From NCBI GenBank assembly GCA_977018835.1, contig OZ361258.1:1550001-1614000 (forward strand): DNA of 64,000 nt, given 5' to 3'. Every line of letters starts with the position of its first letter. Position 1 is the first letter of the stretch. Below are positions 1 to 9,064 of this stretch, in pieces. The position numbers and the translations under genes are program-made. The notes beneath the pieces were generated by a model. That model saw only the letters and a list, made by a program, of their open reading frames with translations. It made no database searches and was not told where the DNA came from. The stretch is from Minutocellus sp. GHC0000111. Lineage: Eukaryota.

Positions 1-649
1 CCTTGACCTCCTCTGTGAGTTCATTGACTCTGCGATACAGGTTGACTTGACTGGCCAGAATCCAGAACGCTGCTGCGTTGAGAATGGTCTCACCGCCAGG
101 TATGTGCAGAACAGATAGTGGGAATCCAATAATGATACCGTAAACGAATGGAAACAAAGTGCCATAGCCACCGCAGCCGGTCACTCGACCCTCGGTCTGT
201 AACTCATGCTGATACAACTCCTCCTCAACCGAGAACTTGTAATATCCATACCATCCTAAAGCGGTGGGAACAGACCCAAGGATTGTGAGCCAGACAGGGC
301 GAGGGATGCCAGGCACCTCCGGAGGCGCGGTGAGCTTGGCAAGCGGATCGGACGGCGCCGAGCCGCCCGGTCGAACCTCGACGTACTCCCTCACCGGTAA
401 AATCACCAACTTCTTCCAGAATTCGTTTGTGCCCCGGCAAAACTCATCGATGCGCTTGGCCGACTGTTCTTCCTTTTCTTTGGAGGCTGGCGTGGCCAAC
501 AAAGGGATGGTGGCACTTGGTCTTCTTTGAGCCAAGGGCGCTGCTTGTTGCTGAACGAATGCATCGCATGGCGAAAGCAAAAGAGTGGTGATAAGCAAAA
601 GGATTACCTGCACGAAATGTGCCGTCTTTGGCACAAATGGAGATCTCAT
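1..649 (-). CDS. Plastid-targeted membrane protein of unknown function (3' partial, runs off window)
   Basis: Hand translation from ATG 649: MRSPFVPKTAHFVQVILLLITTLLLSPCDA|FVQQQ... stays open to base 1. Signal peptide plus A-F motif; hydrophobic segments (VWLTILGSVPTALGWYGYY, LFPFVYGIIIGFPLSVL). Absent from the ORF track because it has no stop in the window. Confidence 0.8.
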   Translation of the reverse strand, partial: MRSPFVPKTAHFVQVILLLITTLLLSPCDAFVQQQAAPLAQRRPSATIPLLATPASKEKEEQSAKRIDEFCRGTNEFWKKLVILPVREYVEVRPGGSAPSDPLAKLTAPPEVPGIPRPVWLTILGSVPTALGWYGYYKFSVEEELYQHELQTEGRVTGCGGYGTLFPFVYGIIIGFPLSVLHIPGGETILNAAAFWILASQVNLYRRVNELTEEVK

Positions 650-887
650 TGTTCCGGTTATCACGGCAACAATTAGGAATTCCTACCACAGGCCACAGGC
701 GGGTAAATGAGGTGGTCGGCGAAGGATGAGCAAAAATGCAGGCAGGCGGATGAGGCAAACTGAGCCACAACCCAGCCACAAGCATCCATGATGATGCCCG
801 CCCTTCGACATTGAAGGTTCAGAGTGGCCTCCAAAGTCAGTAGATCTACTACTACGTAGCTACAGAAGTAGCGCTACTAGGCCGGCG

Positions 888-2261
888 ATGCCCTCTACCC
901 GGCGCCTTGCCATTTCCATCGCCGTTGCCGCCGCGTGTGATGCCTTTGTGCCTCCACCACCCTGCTTCCCGAACAGCGGCTTCAGCCGCTCTACCAATAC
1001 CATGCGCACCACCCAAAGAAGACCACTCGTGCTGAGGAGTGGCAGCACCGATGTCATAACCGACATAATTGCCGACGATATACTCCCACGCATGATATCA
1101 TTCTTTGCTCTGGACATGGTGGATTCGACAACAAATCGGTTTTATTACATCTGTCGTCCCCCAACGGGAGAGCGCGAACATCGGCACATGCCCATACGTG
1201 ACATAGCGGCGGCTTGGGATGCTACCAAGGCATTGTTGTTTCTGGAAACATACAGCAGCTACGATGGACAGAGTGACTTTAATGATAAAACTCAAACCGC
1301 TGAATTAATGCGGCAAAATTTGCGGGCGGCAGTGTGTTCCACTCTCGAGGCATACCAACCGTTGACGCCAATGGTAGCAGCTGGAACTGAATTCGCAGAC
1401 CAACAGCGTTCCGCATTGACTCTTGCTGCCAGCATACTCCACGAGACCGCCAATATTGCTCACTCGGCTTTGCTGATAATGGCAACTGCAAATGCTCAAA
1501 GATTATCCATTTGTCCAGACTCCGATATTCATAAAATTATCAGTGGCTTACTTCAAGGCATCCTCTCCAGACAACGACCCGATGGTGCATTCCGAGTAGA
1601 ATTTCCGAGTAACGGGCAGAATGATTGCGGCGATGTGTACACGGGCATCGACTTCTTTCCAGGCGAGGCAATGCTGGCCTTGATGGATGTTTATGATTTA
1701 TCTGAAAAATTTGGGAGTGTTGTAGATGAAGCGGTCAGAGAATCCATCGTATCAAGCATGGAGAGAGCCTACATATTTTACTGCGACTATTATCACCAAG
1801 AGAGACCCGATGTGAACTTCAATATTTGGCAAATCATGAGCCTTTCTCGTTTTTACGACATACTTGGGCGACGGGGTAGGTTGGATCAAGCTACCTTTGT
1901 GGCACAGCATGTATTGGACATGTGTCGGGACATTGTGCATTCGAGGGCGTGGAAAGAGCTGAAGCAGGGTCAGCGATTCTATCCAAATCTGAATACTGTG
2001 GAGATTGTCTGTGGTCTGGACGCAATTGCCGAAGGCATTCGCCTTGCCAGTACCATTGGCGACGAGGATACAGCAGCTTTGCTCAAGCGCAATGCTATGA
2101 ACGCGGTCTACTTTGTGGAGTGGTCGCAATCTCAAGTCTCCAAAGACTCGCCAGTGGGGTTTGGTGGTCTTGGGTTCGGGAGAACACAGGTGATCGAGCA
2201 AAGACTCGATGTTACAGGCCATGCTTTGAGTGCGTTGGTCAAATTGTGCCTCATTCTTTAG
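888..2261 (+). CDS. Plastid-targeted alpha/alpha-toroid-like protein (six-hairpin glycosidase / prenyltransferase-like fold), 457 aa
   Basis: Intronless ORF; signal peptide ending CDA|FVPP; motifs QRPDGAF, FFPGEAMLAL and RLDVTGHALSAL resemble alpha/alpha-toroid proteins. Fold call is by recognition only. Confidence 0.65.
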   Translation: MPSTRRLAISIAVAAACDAFVPPPPCFPNSGFSRSTNTMRTTQRRPLVLRSGSTDVITDIIADDILPRMISFFALDMVDSTTNRFYYICRPPTGEREHRHMPIRDIAAAWDATKALLFLETYSSYDGQSDFNDKTQTAELMRQNLRAAVCSTLEAYQPLTPMVAAGTEFADQQRSALTLAASILHETANIAHSALLIMATANAQRLSICPDSDIHKIISGLLQGILSRQRPDGAFRVEFPSNGQNDCGDVYTGIDFFPGEAMLALMDVYDLSEKFGSVVDEAVRESIVSSMERAYIFYCDYYHQERPDVNFNIWQIMSLSRFYDILGRRGRLDQATFVAQHVLDMCRDIVHSRAWKELKQGQRFYPNLNTVEIVCGLDAIAEGIRLASTIGDEDTAALLKRNAMNAVYFVEWSQSQVSKDSPVGFGGLGFGRTQVIEQRLDVTGHALSALVKLCLIL

Positions 2262-2314
2262 CTACTAGTAGCTGGGCAGTGTGTGATACATAAAACAAAA
2301 TTAATCGATATGAC

Positions 2315-5110
2315 TTAGTTCTTCCCCGCATTGTCGTTTTTTGTGTCCATCGTCCCCAATCGTATCCTTTTCAGTTGGCTATCTCTCCTGGCATCTGTGG
2401 GCGCCACCATCGTAGTGCTATGGAGCGAAGCTTTCTCCGTACTAATTTCCTCGATATTATCATCTCCGTGGACGTGACTTGCGGCGAATGGCATTTTATT
2501 CGTCTTCATCACCTTTCGCTTATTGTTGCGTCGTTTCGTATTGCGTCGATTATCGATTCTTTCTTTCGCTTTTCTCCCAGCGAACGGCAATACCGAAATT
2601 GATAAATAGCTGGTACTGAACGACCACATACTTATGCTTGCAAGCCACGTAGGTATCTGCGTTGGTGTTACCCCTGTTGTCGTTGCTGGAGTTGGTACTG
2701 CTGCTGGAGCAAGTGGTGCCGGCGTCGGAGGGGTTTGATTCACAGTCGTCGGTTCCCCCTCACGAACTGCAGATGTCGGGCTCGACGCCGAAGCCGTCGG
2801 CTGGGTATTTGGTGCCAAAGTTGAACCGGAGGTAGATCCCGATTCATCATTAGTTGGAGAAGAGGCAGTGGGCGATGAATTTGCCTGTGGTGCCTGTGCC
2901 GGTGTTGGCTGCGACTGATCTACGGGTGCACTGTTACCAGTGACAGTGGTTGGCTGTGAAACCGGTGCTGGAACAGGCTGCGAGTCCGAGGTCGGCGTTG
3001 GGCTATCACCACCTCCTGAGCTAGCCGATGTTGGCTCTGCTACTGGTGGAGGAACAGCTACGGGAGTAGCGTTATCACCACCGTTCACCTCGGTGGGTTG
3101 AGCTACCGGACTTGACGCCGACGGTGGTGCAACAGAGGTCGGAGCACCGTTATTGTCACCAGCATCCGCTGTGGGCTGCGCTAATGGGCTTGAACCAGAA
3201 TTGGGAGCACTTCCCGAAGGATTAACAATCGTCGGAGAAGCAATAGGTGCCAACGCCGAATCACCAGAAGTAACTTGTGAAGGAACGGCTACGGGTGTCG
3301 GTGCATCGGAGACCGGGCTTTTACTCGGCGAACCCGGCTCGACCGTCGGCATGTTTGTTGGTGCCTTTGTGGGCTGGCTCTGGCCGACTTTGTTCGACCC
3401 ATCGCCGCCACTTTGACCGGGATCTAGACCATCTGTACCAACAGAAGAGTCTGATCCACTATTTTCACCGTCATTAGCAACTTCTGCATTTGAAGCGGGC
3501 GTCGGTGACGGTGTCGTCGGATTACCTGTCGGATTTCCTGGTGTCACAGTTGGAGAATTAGTCGGGTCCAGAGTTGGTTGCGCCGCAGTTGGCGAAGGAG
3601 ATGGTCGTGTCGTAGTTGGCACAGGACTTATTGGCGAGCGGGACGGAGCACCTGGAGTCACAGTAGGGGGATTCGTTATCGGAGCCTTGGACGGCAGCGG
3701 CGTCGCAGGCATTGATGTTCCAGCGTTGTTACCGCTTCCATTACCGTCACTGCTGCCACCATTATTATCTCCGACATCACTGCCAGTGTCATCATCCACG
3801 CCTGCAGCAATTGGTGACACCGAAGGCTTTGGCGTCGTGGGCGTGCTCGTCACAGGACTTCTACTTGGAGATCCAGGTGTGACGGTTGGCATATTCGTAG
3901 GCATTTTCGAGGGCGCCGAAGTATTTGGCTGCATCGAGGGCTCTGGAGCACCACCCTCACTGTTGTCACCGTCGCCTCCACCATCTCCCTGCAATGGACT
4001 TGGTACCGGCGTCACCGCAGATCCTGGTCCGCTTCCATCGCCTCCATTAGTGCTATCTGAGGTTGGCTCTGGCATAGAAGTGGGCTCAAATACCGGAGAA
4101 GAATCATCTCCGCCCGGTGTGGTGCTTGTGGGACTTGGACTTTCGTCAAATATATTTTCCTGGACGCCGGGTGTTGGTCCAGGCGTTGCTCCACCATTCA
4201 ATAGTCCAGTGATTGTTGGTGCAGGAGTTGCACCATTGCCATCACCACCGCCTCCATCGCCTCCATCACCACCGTCACTCGTAGGTTCACCCCCGATAGG
4301 ACTAGTTGTAGGTTCTTCCGCGGCCGCGGTGGGCTCTACTACTGGCGCTGGTGCGGGATCGGGAGTGGCGCCCGAATCCATCGCAGTTGGTTCCACCCCA
4401 CCATCTCCTCCTCCCATTGTCGGTTGTGACGACGTCGGAGCAAAGACATCTCCTCCGCTACCCTTGTCCTTGTCTTCTCCAGTTCCTACCCCAACACCGT
4501 CCCAGAAATCATCCGATGTAGTGGGCTGTGGGGATATTGTCGGGGTGAAGAAGGAGGATCCGCCATCGCCATCTCCATCGCCGTGATCGTGCCCATCGTC
4601 GTGCACATGATCTCCATGAACGGTAGGCTTGGACGTCGGCGCCCCACGGTCATTCACTCCCAAATTGTTGTTGCTACTCCCACCCTCAGTTTTGTTCCGA
4701 TTGGAAAAGACAATGGCCAAGGCAACTACCAATCCGCCGATTATCAGCAGGAGCAGGCCGACACAGAACAATTTCCTCCGTCTCTTGCGCTTGTACGTGC
4801 TGTCTGTCATCGACGTGTCATAATCGTCCCCTCCCATCTCCCCGGGGGCGGATCCACCGGCCGTTGCCGCGTAGCCATCGCCGTTGAGCCGCTGGCTGGC
4901 GCCGTAGGAGTCGTTGTACAGCTCCTCGTCCTGCTCGTCCATATCAAAAACGTTGGCATATCCATCGTCACCGCCGCCACCGGCGCCGCCGCGGTTTCCG
5001 CCACCGCTGAGCATGGCGTCGCGATAGGCGGCAGATTGTGTCTGCGTCTGTTGCTGCTGTCCGACTCCACCGAAGCTGTAGTCGTCGTCCTCGTCACCCC
5101 AGCCGGCCAT
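2315..5110 (-). CDS. Type II single-pass membrane, Pro/Thr/Ser/Gly-rich mucin-like surface protein, 931 aa
   Basis: Acidic N-terminus, basic patch KRKRRRK, one TM segment (LFCVGLLLLIIGGLVVALAIVF), then a long PT-rich stalk with repeated PTVTPGxPSRSP units. Confidence 0.8.
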   Translation of the reverse strand: MAGWGDEDDDYSFGGVGQQQQTQTQSAAYRDAMLSGGGNRGGAGGGGDDGYANVFDMDEQDEELYNDSYGASQRLNGDGYAATAGGSAPGEMGGDDYDTSMTDSTYKRKRRRKLFCVGLLLLIIGGLVVALAIVFSNRNKTEGGSSNNNLGVNDRGAPTSKPTVHGDHVHDDGHDHGDGDGDGGSSFFTPTISPQPTTSDDFWDGVGVGTGEDKDKGSGGDVFAPTSSQPTMGGGDGGVEPTAMDSGATPDPAPAPVVEPTAAAEEPTTSPIGGEPTSDGGDGGDGGGGDGNGATPAPTITGLLNGGATPGPTPGVQENIFDESPSPTSTTPGGDDSSPVFEPTSMPEPTSDSTNGGDGSGPGSAVTPVPSPLQGDGGGDGDNSEGGAPEPSMQPNTSAPSKMPTNMPTVTPGSPSRSPVTSTPTTPKPSVSPIAAGVDDDTGSDVGDNNGGSSDGNGSGNNAGTSMPATPLPSKAPITNPPTVTPGAPSRSPISPVPTTTRPSPSPTAAQPTLDPTNSPTVTPGNPTGNPTTPSPTPASNAEVANDGENSGSDSSVGTDGLDPGQSGGDGSNKVGQSQPTKAPTNMPTVEPGSPSKSPVSDAPTPVAVPSQVTSGDSALAPIASPTIVNPSGSAPNSGSSPLAQPTADAGDNNGAPTSVAPPSASSPVAQPTEVNGGDNATPVAVPPPVAEPTSASSGGGDSPTPTSDSQPVPAPVSQPTTVTGNSAPVDQSQPTPAQAPQANSSPTASSPTNDESGSTSGSTLAPNTQPTASASSPTSAVREGEPTTVNQTPPTPAPLAPAAVPTPATTTGVTPTQIPTWLASISMWSFSTSYLSISVLPFAGRKAKERIDNRRNTKRRNNKRKVMKTNKMPFAASHVHGDDNIEEISTEKASLHSTTMVAPTDARRDSQLKRIRLGTMDTKNDNAGKN

Positions 5111-5116
5111 TCATTC

Positions 5117-5136
5117 GAATTGAATTGAATTGAATT
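5117..5136. repeat. (GAATT)4 microsatellite just upstream of the mucin-like gene start
   Basis: gaattgaattgaattgaatt read directly. Confidence 0.9.
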
Positions 5137-6031
5137 GGGTTGGGTAGAGGTGCAAAAGAAAGAACGCGAAGTAGCAAGCACAATCAGCGCGCACCCGAAA
5201 TGCCTGATAATATTTCTTTGGGACCGGGGGCGACGTGATCGATGATAGAAGATACGGCTCCGGTGAGATTGTAAAACCGGAAGCAACGCGCGGTAGCTCC
5301 ACCCTCGAGTAAGAGCGACAATTGGATAATGCAGCAGCCAGCGCAGGCAGTGGCTGGGAGTAAGTGCGATCCGAGACGCCCTCTCGTCCTCTTTTATGCC
5401 CGCGCGCCGGATTGAAGCAGCAGCAGCAAGCATGGGGCGGAAGTGAAAGTCATTTCACGAGGCGCGTACGTACGTTTCCGTTCATGTGGGCCGGCAGGCT
5501 TGCTTTGCAACCTCGCGGAATTCGGCCCGGGCTTTGCAGGAAGACGCGTGGCTGAAGATAAACGGCCGACGCCGGAGAGAGTGCCGGTACATTGCTACAA
5601 GTAGCCTTGAGTGCTCTACTATTGCTTGTCTATTGGCACATTATTTCACGATACTCGAAGTAGATCTATTTTGTTATAAGATATACATGCATGTGCTTCC
5701 TCTTTTAGCTCGAAAGAGAAGATGAAGAGAGCGAAGAGAGGTTCACACATGCAAACAAATGCCTTCTTCGAGTCTACTTTCACTTTTGGCGACGAATCGT
5801 ACAGTAGCCCTTGAAAGGGACATGTCACGAACCACGAAAAGAGACATCTGGCCATTTTAGTTTGCATTTGGCGATGGACCTCCTCCGACACATCTACCTG
5901 ATCCAGCTCGTGTGAGCACACAGATGTCTTCGCATCCAAGCTTCACAAATCAAATCTCAAGCCAGAACCAATAGCCACCGACAACCTCTAACATCCACTA
6001 CCCTTGCTCCAGCTCAACCCATACATCCACC

Positions 6032-7429
6032 ATGATTGTCCTCAATCGAGCCGTGGCCTATCTTTCGACTTTTGCATTGCTGGGCACCAGCATTGCATCT
6101 GCTCAGGTGGAAATTCCGCCGACAGCAGCACCCGAAGCTCCAACGTGCATGAATTTCAGCGAGTTGGACTTTACTCTCAACGGTGATGCCACTTGGAGCA
6201 CTGATTGTCGCCTCGAGTTGACGAGCGAAGATCCCATGAAGTCTGGCTCGGCCTTCGCTGCCATTACCTTCGACGACACCACTAACTATCCCTTCGAGGC
6301 CTACTACGAATATGACATCTCCGATACTGTCATCAACGGCACCAGCGTTGGCGGAAGTGCCGATGGCATTGCCTTCCTCGTTCACATCGATCCCCAAGGT
6401 GTCAACGCCCTGAACGACGCAGGAGGAGCACTTGGTGTGTACGGTGCCGGTGGCATCCACTGTGCCATTGTCATCGAGCTGGATACCTACTTTGGCCCAA
6501 CCAACGTCGGCCCTCATGCCCCCTTTTCTACCGAAAACTATGCCCGCGCTCTTGATATTATTGCCACCGACGAGGCGGGAAATGCCACACGCTACGCCGA
6601 AGTGGACATTACCGACATCTTCACCATGCAGGGCAAGGTATGGATCTCTCACAACAACGGGGTCCTAGATGTGTACCTCGCCCAACAGACGGCTACTTCG
6701 CAACCTCCTCGCCCCATCGTTACGGTCAATATGCCAATTCCAGCGCTCTTGTTGAGCCGAGACGAGATCTACGTCGGCTTTTCTTCTTCTACCGGCGGCG
6801 AATATGACAGACACGAGGTCGTCTTCTGTTCGTTTGAGGAAAGTGATACTCCTGAGCCTACTGCCTCGCCGACGAACAAGCCTGTACCCCGTCTAACCGC
6901 GAGCCCGACCCCTCCTATCACCGCCAAACCCTCGCCGAGTCCATCGGTCTCGCCATCGGTCTCGCCATCGGTCTCGCCATCGGTCTCGCCATCGAGTGAT
7001 CCAACTTTGTCACCGACGGCAGTACCGCCCAAGATTACAAAGCCACCCGTGCCAATTCCCGCCAAGACAATTAGCCCTACCTACAAGCCCAGCACAGTTT
7101 CAGTTGTTCCAACCCCACCCACATCCAATATTGTTCCACCTAAAATTGTAGAGCGTTGTGACAATGATGGCGATGAGAGCAGTTCCAGTGGAAAGGGGGG
7201 ATCGTTCTCTGGCAGTGGGAAAGGTGGATCGAAGGGATCGGATTGCGACCCCGATAGCAAGGGCAATTCAGATAGCAAGGGCAAGGCCGGTGGCAAGTCG
7301 GGCAAAGGCAGTAGAGGCAAGGCCTCCAAGGCACAGGCGCACACGAAAGGATCAAGGTCCACCGCCAAGGGTGGAAAGCGCCAGCTGAGGGCGGACGGCC
7401 GCGACGATCCCGACGTCCTCATCTACTAA
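6032..7429 (+). CDS. Secreted legume-type (L-type) lectin domain protein with Pro/Ser/Thr stalk and Lys/Gly/Ser-rich tail
   Basis: Signal peptide; L-type lectin motifs FTLNGDA, LELT, GSAF, GGSADGIAFL, IVIELDTY, YVGFSSSTGG; SPSV repeats; GKGGS/KSGK tail ending KRQLRA. Confidence 0.85.
   Translation: MIVLNRAVAYLSTFALLGTSIASAQVEIPPTAAPEAPTCMNFSELDFTLNGDATWSTDCRLELTSEDPMKSGSAFAAITFDDTTNYPFEAYYEYDISDTVINGTSVGGSADGIAFLVHIDPQGVNALNDAGGALGVYGAGGIHCAIVIELDTYFGPTNVGPHAPFSTENYARALDIIATDEAGNATRYAEVDITDIFTMQGKVWISHNNGVLDVYLAQQTATSQPPRPIVTVNMPIPALLLSRDEIYVGFSSSTGGEYDRHEVVFCSFEESDTPEPTASPTNKPVPRLTASPTPPITAKPSPSPSVSPSVSPSVSPSVSPSSDPTLSPTAVPPKITKPPVPIPAKTISPTYKPSTVSVVPTPPTSNIVPPKIVERCDNDGDESSSSGKGGSFSGSGKGGSKGSDCDPDSKGNSDSKGKAGGKSGKGSRGKASKAQAHTKGSRSTAKGGKRQLRADGRDDPDVLIY
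6941..6994 (+). repeat. 12-bp coding tandem repeat (ccatcggtctcg) x4.5, encoding PSVS
   Basis: Read directly. Confidence 0.95.
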
Positions 7430-7607
7430 AATTAGAAGGTCACGAAGACTATATATGTATGTTGTATGTTTGTTTTGAATTTTAGAGTGATTGATACGAG
7501 CGTAAAAAAGGAATGATTAGTTAGAGTGGCGACACGACAAGAAAAGATAGATGTAGATAGATAGTTAAAGCGTAGCGAAAGAAAAAAATGAGAGTCACGA
7601 CGAAGAC

Positions 7608-8355
7608 TATATATGTTAGTCCCAAAATGCGCACTGTCCCAATTCGCGAACTGGGATCTCAGTTTGCGAACTGAGATTCATTTATCCCAGTTTGCGCACT
7701 GGGCCCCAGTTCCCAAACTAGGATCTCAGTTTGCGCACTGATACTACCAGAATGGAAACTGAGATAAATAAGCTAATCCGAATTTAGGAACCAGACGAGT
7801 TTGCGAACTGGAACAATAATAAATACCAGTTTGGAAACTGGCATTCTCGGCAAGTACCAGAATGGTAGCTGCCGGTGTTGGCTCATGCAGAATGATTATT
7901 TTGTACATGTATAAGTAGAATCTACGTAATCGTTTATCAACTAAATTGCATGCATGCGCATGCACTGGTAGATCTATCTACAATACAAGTTGCACTGTGC
8001 ATCATAAAATAAATGTAAATTATCAACGAAAAGCTACAATAACAAAAGCGGCGGTGGCCAATACAAATGTCAGCAAAATCAACATTGCCATTACCCCGTT
8101 GTCACCGCCGCCGCCGGGATCAGAGCAAATGACGATGCTTTCCATTCTTTGGCCGAATGAAAAAATGAAGCGAAAAGAAGCAAAGGCGATATCATCCTTG
8201 CTAAGTGTTCATTATTTGTCAATCGATCTCAGTTTGCGAACTGAGATTGTGCCTGGGATCCCAGTTTCCGAACTGGGATAAATAAATCCCAGTGCGCAAA
8301 CTGAGATCCCAGTTCGCGAACTGGGACAGTGCGCATTTTGGGACTAACATATATA
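7608..8355. mobile_element. Non-autonomous DNA transposon (MITE) with ~80-bp TIRs, TA-flanked, with palindromic subterminal repeats
   Basis: Left end tatatatgttagtcccaaaatgcgcactgtcccaattcgcgaactgggatctcagtttgcg... is the near-perfect reverse complement of the right end ...cgcaaactgagatcccagttcgcgaactgggacagtgcgcattttgggactaacatatata. Both ends lie in (TA)n. No transposase ORF. Confidence 0.9.
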
Positions 8356-9064
8356 CTACTACTAGCTAGTATTGTCGCAGTGTATGATATGATACGGTGT
8401 ATATATACGATACGGGATGTGACTTTTGGAGATCAATACCTTTACATTTCGAATCCATCCAGTACTAATGTTATTAATATGTTCCGCGACCTTCATTGGC
8501 CGGTTCTTGTTGGTTGATGATTGGCCGCCCATTGGAAGTTGGTTTGCTCCCCCCGCCCTGGGCCACCATGACATCTACAGTAAGTAGTAGGAATTCCTAG
8601 CTCGGGATCTCAAATCGAATCTGATCCGCATAAAACAACTTGCCTGGCTAGCTAGACTCGACTCTACACACACACACACATAAACCGACACCGAGTGCGC
8701 GCATCGAGACGAAAACGAGATCAATTGCGATAATGTCTATGTATGTGGTATGTTTCTATCTTATGATTTTTATCGGGTCTAAACAAAAATTGTGCTGTCT
8801 ATGAAACTGAAAAAAAAATCCTCTACATGAATTGGATGAACGAAGATCGGGTACTAGTAGGTAATTCTGATCATCAAATCCCAATTTGATGATTTGTTGA
8901 AAGATGAGCGGCCAACTCCTCAGTTGCTTTATGAATGGCAGCGAGCAGTCTAGGAGGAGTGCCTTGCATGACATGCCGGTGGTATATGCACGCAGAACAT
9001 AGGGCTATGTTGTGGATGGTTCCCCTTTTTATACCGTTACCTAACTGGACATGGCCACCAGCTG

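Noticed and set aside
3687..5128. Long + strand ORFs (299 aa and 181 aa)
   Set aside because: Antisense shadows of the low-complexity mucin-like gene.
7638..7841. Palindromic repeats with short gaps resembling a CRISPR array
   Set aside because: No unique spacers of constant length, no cas genes, eukaryotic context, and the repeats are mirrored at the other end as part of TIRs.
8420..9060. Coding-like fragments between the MITE and the mariner remnant
   Set aside because: Short, stop-interrupted in all frames I read, and not assignable to any family by eye.
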